From: Hyaloraphidium curvatum SAG 235-1
Lineage: Eukaryota; Fungi; Monoblepharomycota
Assembly (NCBI GenBank): GCA_025558095.1
Contig: JAIVFI010000010.1
Coordinates: forward strand, 682,001-746,000
Direction: 5' to 3'
DNA length: 64,000 bases
The number at the start of each line of letters is the position of its first letter. The first letter of the stretch is position 1. Below are positions 58,657 through 64,000 of this stretch, in pieces. A program made the translations under genes and the position numbers. The notes beneath the pieces were generated by a model. That model worked only from the letters and a program-made list of their open reading frames with translations, ran no database searches and was not told where the DNA came from.

Positions 58657-60609
58657 TCAAGCCTTGGCCTGGTTCACGCGGAAGTCCATGCTGTCCCTGA
58701 CGCACAGCTGGATGGAAGCGGATCAGAATGGTTCCGGTCCAACACGGCAAGCTACCCACCGTCAGCGCGAACCCGTACCGCCCCTCCCGCTTGGCCGGGT
58801 CGACATCAAACTTGCCCCACTTCTCAGGCCGGTCCTCGTTCACGAGCTCCAGCGAGAAGCGCCGCACGATCTGGGCCAAAAAAGTCATGGCTTCCTGCGT
58901 CGCCATGTTCATCCCGAGGCAGATCCGCGGGCCGGCCTTGAACACCGGCCACTTGTACTGGTTCTCCTTGCGCAGGTTGCCCGCCGCGTCGAACCACCGC
59001 TCCGGCTTGAACTCCTCCGCGTCGGGGCCCCAGATGCTCTTGAGCCGGCCCATGATCCAGGGCGAGTACTGCACGCGGTCACCGGCGTAGATCTTGGTGC
59101 CCGAGCCCGACAGGACCGTGTCCCTTGTCGCGGTCATGATGTTGTTGGGCACGTTCTGGATTGGGCGGGTTAGGACGCTAGGGCAAGGAGCCGTCGACGG
59201 AGAGGCTCACGGCGTGGAGTCGGAGGGCCTCGTTGAACACGGCGTTGGTGTACTTGAGCTCCTTCAGGCTCTCGTAGGTGGGCTCCTTGTCGCCCAGCAC
59301 GGTGACCAGTTCCTCACGCAGCTTGCGCTCGACCTCGGGGTGGTTGGCGAGGCAGTAGAACACCCATGTCAGGGTCTGCGCGGTCGTGTCGCGGCCGGCA
59401 ATGACGATGTTGGCGACAAAGTCACGGAGCTCGTCGTCCGGGGGAAGGCCGCCCTCGAAGTTCTTGGTGGCCATGAAGTAGTCCTGCGTACGGAGCGGGA
59501 TGGTGAGCGACTGCCCCACACGACAGATAAACCAAACGGCCGGAACGTACCAGCATGTCCTTCTGCTTGTGCTCGCCCTTGGCGATCGCGGCCTTCTTCT
59601 GCGCGATGATCCCGTCGGCAACCTTCCGCATGACCTCCTGCGACTTGCGGAGCTTGGCGCTCTCGCCCGACAGGCGCTCGGTGACGGGCCACAGGGGGTT
59701 CGAGACGCGCCTCGACACGAGCATGTTCTGCAAAGGGGCTTAGCACTGCTCGTGCTGCGGCGCCGGGCTGAACTCACGACAAAGTCGAAGCTCTCCATGT
59801 ACTCGACGTTGGGGAGCGAGTACCTGCCGTCCTTGATCACGGGCTCCTGGGCGATGCAGCCAAAGTCCGTCCCCATAGCGAGCCGTCCGAACGAGTCCAG
59901 GGTGCAGCGGAGCAGAAGGTCCTGCAGGTCCACCAGCGCACCGGCTTCCGAGGCCCGGTTGAGGTGGTCACACAGCTTCTCGACCTCCTCGATGAAGTCG
60001 CCCGAGAAGACGTCGCGGAAGTTCTTGACGTTGAAGACGTGCGAGGCAGTCTTTCGCTGCGCGTGCCAACGCTCGCCGTCCTGGGAACCGAATGGATAAG
60101 GACAAAGGGTCGGGAAGGCGGATCAGGGAAACTCACGGAGTTGAAGATGCCGTTGCCGAGGAAGTCGCCGAGGTTGTGGAAAAACAGCTCCCCCTTGATG
60201 AAGAGGTACGGGTCCCTCAGCACATCCTCGATGTCCTTGGGGTCCGACACGTTGATGATGTCGAGCGGGCCGAGCGAGGGGTGCGGCACCGTCTGCCTAA
60301 ACACCTTGCCCTCGCCTGCGGCGCGGGTCTTGCGCAGCATCTCCTCGAGACGGTAGGGCTGCATCTTTCCGACCGAAAGCATGTCGCCGAGCAGGGGGAC
60401 GGCAGTGGGGGACGGGGGGAGGTCCGGGCGGGCGCGGGTGCCGATGGCTTGGTTGAGAAGCGCGTCAGTGTCTTGCGTCGCTGTAGTTCGGAGGAAGCGG
60501 GCCTACCCCTGTCACGGTACTTGACGAGCAGGTAGACGAAGTAGCCGCCCATGACGAGCAGGGCGAGGACGGGGAGCGGGAGAGCGAGGACGCTTCCGAG
60601 GAGGCCCAT
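58657..60609 (-). CDS. Cytochrome P450, tandem copy 2
   Basis: Same motifs (AGRDTTA, EALRLH, FKAGPRICLG) and highly similar exons to copy 1. Confidence 0.93.
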
Positions 60610-60980
60610 GGTTGAAGCGAAGGGGAGGGCGGGCTGCAGTAGAACGGGGTTGCCAAAGAGGCTCGTCGAGGCGATGTCGAAGTGCGCGGAGCAGTGCCGG
60701 AGCCATGACGGAGCTTTATAGCAAGAATCGGGGGTCGGGGCTTGGAGTCGGGCATTCCGTGGGGGACGTTCGGTTTTCCCGCGGGCCAATCCCTACGGCT
60801 CACTCACTCGCCAACGCCACGGATAGGGGGCGGCCAGCAACTAGCAAGCACGTGAATTCAAGAGAAACGAATAGAAGACGCTTTCGCGCTTTCTAGTGTC
60901 CTCACAGACGGGCACCTCAACACGTGACACAATAGAATGTTCGATCTTCCCACTGCCTCTATCACGCCCGCCCACGCGCC

Positions 60981-62504
60981 ATGTCCTCGCCGGCCGCATC
61001 CCCGCCGTTCGCGGAGCTCTTTTCCTCGGCCGAGCTGCTCGCGATTTTCCCCGCCGCGCCGCCCGTGGAGTCGCCGCTGAGCGCCCGCACGCCGTCCGGG
61101 GACGACCCCGCGGCCCCGTTGAGGGCAGCCAACCCGCTGACTCGCGCCGCGCTCGAGAAGGAGCTGGAAATCTCGTCGGTCCTGCACACCGCAGCTCGGT
61201 TGCAGCTCACTTTTGCGCCCTTTGCTCGGGCCATTTTCGCGCGCAACCTGCTCCTGGTCTTCACTCCCGAAGCGCTTGCGGCCGCACCGGTCTGGGTGTT
61301 CGGCCGCGGTCTCTTCGGCACGCAGCAGCTGATCGTCGGATCGGTTTGCATTGTTCTTTTCGTCTGGCTCGTGCCCATGTTCCTCGCTCTGCCTTCCGCT
61401 GCGGGGCGCAACTTGGGCACCAAGAGCGACGTATTGGACCACCACAGCCTATCGGGGATCGCGCGTTGGCTTCAGCTAATCCGCGATACGTGCGGTGAGG
61501 CGTCAATCGACGTCAGTCCCGTGACTAAGGAGGCCGCATCTCCAACTCTAACCAGTTCGGAGCTGATCCGGCACCGCGCGGATGACCCCCAGTGCTCCTG
61601 CCCCGCTGCCTCCTGCGCCGGCGCCCTCCTGCACAGAGCAGGCATGACCCGACTCATCGAAGTCGCCGGGCGCGCCGCGCTGTGGTGCTTCACTTGCCTG
61701 GCGTCGGTCTGGACCGCAACCGTCACCCTCGGCCCCCAGCTATGGACCTCCGGATGGGCCGCGGTCGGAGTCTGGGCCATCGGCGGCGGACTGGTTGTCC
61801 ACACGCTTGCTAACGCGGGCCGGCACTTCACAAACGTCCCGCTTCTGGACCACACCCTGCGCGTCCACCGGCGTGCGATGGACATTGCTCTTTCCGACCT
61901 CGTCGACCGCCTGCGCCGGGATCTGGTTCCCGACGGCCTGCCGGAGCCCCCTAAGCGCGAGATCGCGGGGCAGGAGCCATTCCTGTGGCTCCACACCCGC
62001 CTAACGGCCCTCTGGCGGCATCGCTTCTCACTGGTGCAGTCGGGTTGGCCCATGATCCTCTTTGTCGCCCTGCCCTGGACTCTCTACGGCATCGCCAGCG
62101 TCGCCGTCGGCAACTGCCTCCCCGCCTTCGTGCTCATTGGCCTGAGCCTCATCGCCGTCAATGTCGTCGCGGACCTCGTCAACTTCGCCTCGGGAAACGC
62201 GCAGATCGGCTCCGTCCTGGAGCTGTACCGCGCCGCCTCCTTCGAGATCCGCCGGCTCGTCGCCCGCGCGCGGGAACCAGGCTCCCTTGCCTCCGACCGC
62301 GCCGTTTTGCGCGCCGAGGCCGCGGACAGGCTGCTCGAGTCGTGCCTGGCCGCGGAAAGGTTCGAGGCCAAACTGTTCGGCGCCGCGGTCGATACCGCCG
62401 GGGTGAGGAGGTTCGCGGCGGGGCTGGTGACCGTCGCGCTGGGGTTCTACTCCGTGCTCAGGGGGAGCGGGGTGGTGCTGACCATGGACAACTACTGCCG
62501 GTGA
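60981..62504 (+). CDS. Seven-TM membrane protein, candidate 7TMIC (Gr/Or/GRL-like) channel, intronless
   Basis: About seven hydrophobic segments, long second internal loop, C-terminal AKLFGAAVD-TAGVRRFAAGLVTVALGFYSVL. Two paralogs in the window. The CDS is well supported; the family call is inference. Confidence 0.75.
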   Translation: MSSPAASPPFAELFSSAELLAIFPAAPPVESPLSARTPSGDDPAAPLRAANPLTRAALEKELEISSVLHTAARLQLTFAPFARAIFARNLLLVFTPEALAAAPVWVFGRGLFGTQQLIVGSVCIVLFVWLVPMFLALPSAAGRNLGTKSDVLDHHSLSGIARWLQLIRDTCGEASIDVSPVTKEAASPTLTSSELIRHRADDPQCSCPAASCAGALLHRAGMTRLIEVAGRAALWCFTCLASVWTATVTLGPQLWTSGWAAVGVWAIGGGLVVHTLANAGRHFTNVPLLDHTLRVHRRAMDIALSDLVDRLRRDLVPDGLPEPPKREIAGQEPFLWLHTRLTALWRHRFSLVQSGWPMILFVALPWTLYGIASVAVGNCLPAFVLIGLSLIAVNVVADLVNFASGNAQIGSVLELYRAASFEIRRLVARAREPGSLASDRAVLRAEAADRLLESCLAAERFEAKLFGAAVDTAGVRRFAAGLVTVALGFYSVLRGSGVVLTMDNYCR

Positions 62505-63116
62505 ATGTAAACGGGAGCGTCCCATTTTTCGGCACCCTGGTCTCCTCGAGGAGGGTGATGGACAGCAGCAGCAGAATGCATCCTGCGAGTTGCGCCCTCC
62601 ACCGCTTCGTGTTGGCCCCTGGACTCATCCTGTACCCAGCCGCTGGCTCCATACACCTCACCGGGAGGGCGCGGCCGCCATGGTCCCGTCCTGAAGCAAT
62701 CCCGATCCCGAAATTGATCCACCTGCAACTTCCCGCATCCGGCACCTACCGCCGCTACGCGCTGCTGCGGGTAGTGGGGCCGTAGGCGAGGGACGAGCCG
62801 TAGGACCATCCCTCTCTACCCGCACTACCCGCAGCTGCTGCCGCACTCGCTCGCCCGTGGCTATACGACACACTTCCCAGCACGGCTGCTGCTGCCCGTC
62901 GGTTACGAGACTCAGCTGTCCCCAAACTCTCCCGCACCAGCAAAGATCGCCTAGCTACAGCTCCGCCCCCCCAGAGTCGAAAGCATTAGACTTTCCGTTC
63001 CGTCGCATGGAGCGAAAACATCGTTTGAGCCGAAAGTGTGGTTAATTGACGGCGGAAGAGGCGAGCACGGACTGGCTGCACACGCACGCTTCCATCGAGG
63101 ACTTCGACGAAGCTAG

Positions 63117-64000
63117 GAACAGGCCGAACATGACACGGTCGGGCTTGCCCCGGCGGAGTGGCTCGTGCTTTTCCCCGCCCCGCCGGCTGAGCCCCGGAGT
63201 GCCACGTGGATCCTTGCGCCCGACGAGCGGCTGGCGGATCCCGCCGCGGCGGCGCGGGCCGCGTCGCCGCTGACGCGCGCGGCGCTGCTCGCCGGGCTGT
63301 GCGGGCGGCCGCTCCTGCGCGGCATTGTGTTGCTGCAGTTCGCGGCCGCGCCGCTGGGCGCCCACTCGCGGGCCCGCGCCGCCGCGTTCGCCGCGGGCTC
63401 GGCCGCGCTCGTCGGCCCCGTGTGGGCGCTGAACGACGGGCGCTTCGCGCGGCGGCAGCTCGTCGGGGGCTCCGCCGCCGTCGCCGCGTTCCTCGCCATC
63501 CTGGTCGGCACCGTGGCCGCCACCGGCAGCTGGCGGGGCCGCTTCGCAACGGCCGCGCCCGGGCAGCCGCCGGCAGACGTGAGCTCGCACGCGCTGGCGT
63601 CGCTGGTGCGGTGGAGGCAGCTGGTGGATATGGCCCCCGATCGCGCCGCGAAGCCCGAGTCGCAGGGGGAGGCGGGCGTCGGATCCGGGGTGCCGCACAG
63701 GAGCGTGCTGCTCGACCACGAGCCCAACGACCCCTTCTGCCCGTGCCCGGCTGACGGGTGTGCGGGCCGTCTGGTTGCTTCCGTCGGTTACGTCAAGCTC
63801 CTGGACGGGACCCTGAGGATGTTGGCGGCCGCGATCGGGACCTTTTACGTGCAGCAGTGGACGGCTTTCGTCACCTTCGGACCGGCCTTCTGGACCACGT
63901 GGTGGTGCGTCGTCCTGGGGCTGCTAGTGAAGTGGGTCCCCGGCTCCCGATTGCTCGCCCGCTTCCCGCTCAGCATACCGTTTCCCCGCAGTCGCCGGAA
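63117..64000 (+). CDS. Tandem paralog of 60981-62504, runs off the window; start not resolved
   Basis: Open frame missing from the ORF track: AEWLVLFPAPP, AASPLTRAAL, PVWAL, SHALASLVRWRQLV, HEPNDPFCPCPADGCAG, WTAFVTFGPAFWTTWW. Confidence 0.75.

Noticed and set aside
1-64000. Prokaryotic operon, defence island, rRNA or tRNA genes
   Set aside because: Spliceosomal introns throughout; no recognisable structural RNA signatures by eye. tRNAscan-SE or Infernal would be needed to exclude them fully.

Overview
Gene-dense, very GC-rich eukaryotic DNA with short (about 50-70 nt) GT-AG introns and CTGAC/CTCAC-like branch points. Gene content (Yvc1/TRPY channel, type I metacaspase, Nrg1/Crz1-like C2H2 factors, TKL kinase) points to an early-diverging zoosporic fungus; a monoblepharid such as Hyaloraphidium is my inference, not a tested result. 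About 35 protein-coding loci can be reconstructed by splicing. I found no rRNA, tRNA, CRISPR array or intact transposon. Main points of interest: (1) three copies of an unannotated multi-pass membrane family whose topology and C-terminus match the 7TM ion channel (insect Gr/Or, GRL, DUF3537) superfamily, with a family-specific CxCP(x3)CAG motif; (2) a single-pass non-RD TKL receptor kinase with six STIG1-like repeats, four EGF repeats and a ricin-like module; (3) an inverted pair of secreted Cys-rich proteins with 14-aa fibre-like repeats and a conserved 15-nt microexon; (4) bacterial-type genes carrying spliceosomal introns, including a beta-lactamase-fold protein lacking its catalytic residues; (5) tandem CYPs with reciprocal intron differences. 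Most long ORFs in the supplied track are GC-rich antisense or frame shadows. Exon boundaries were read by eye.
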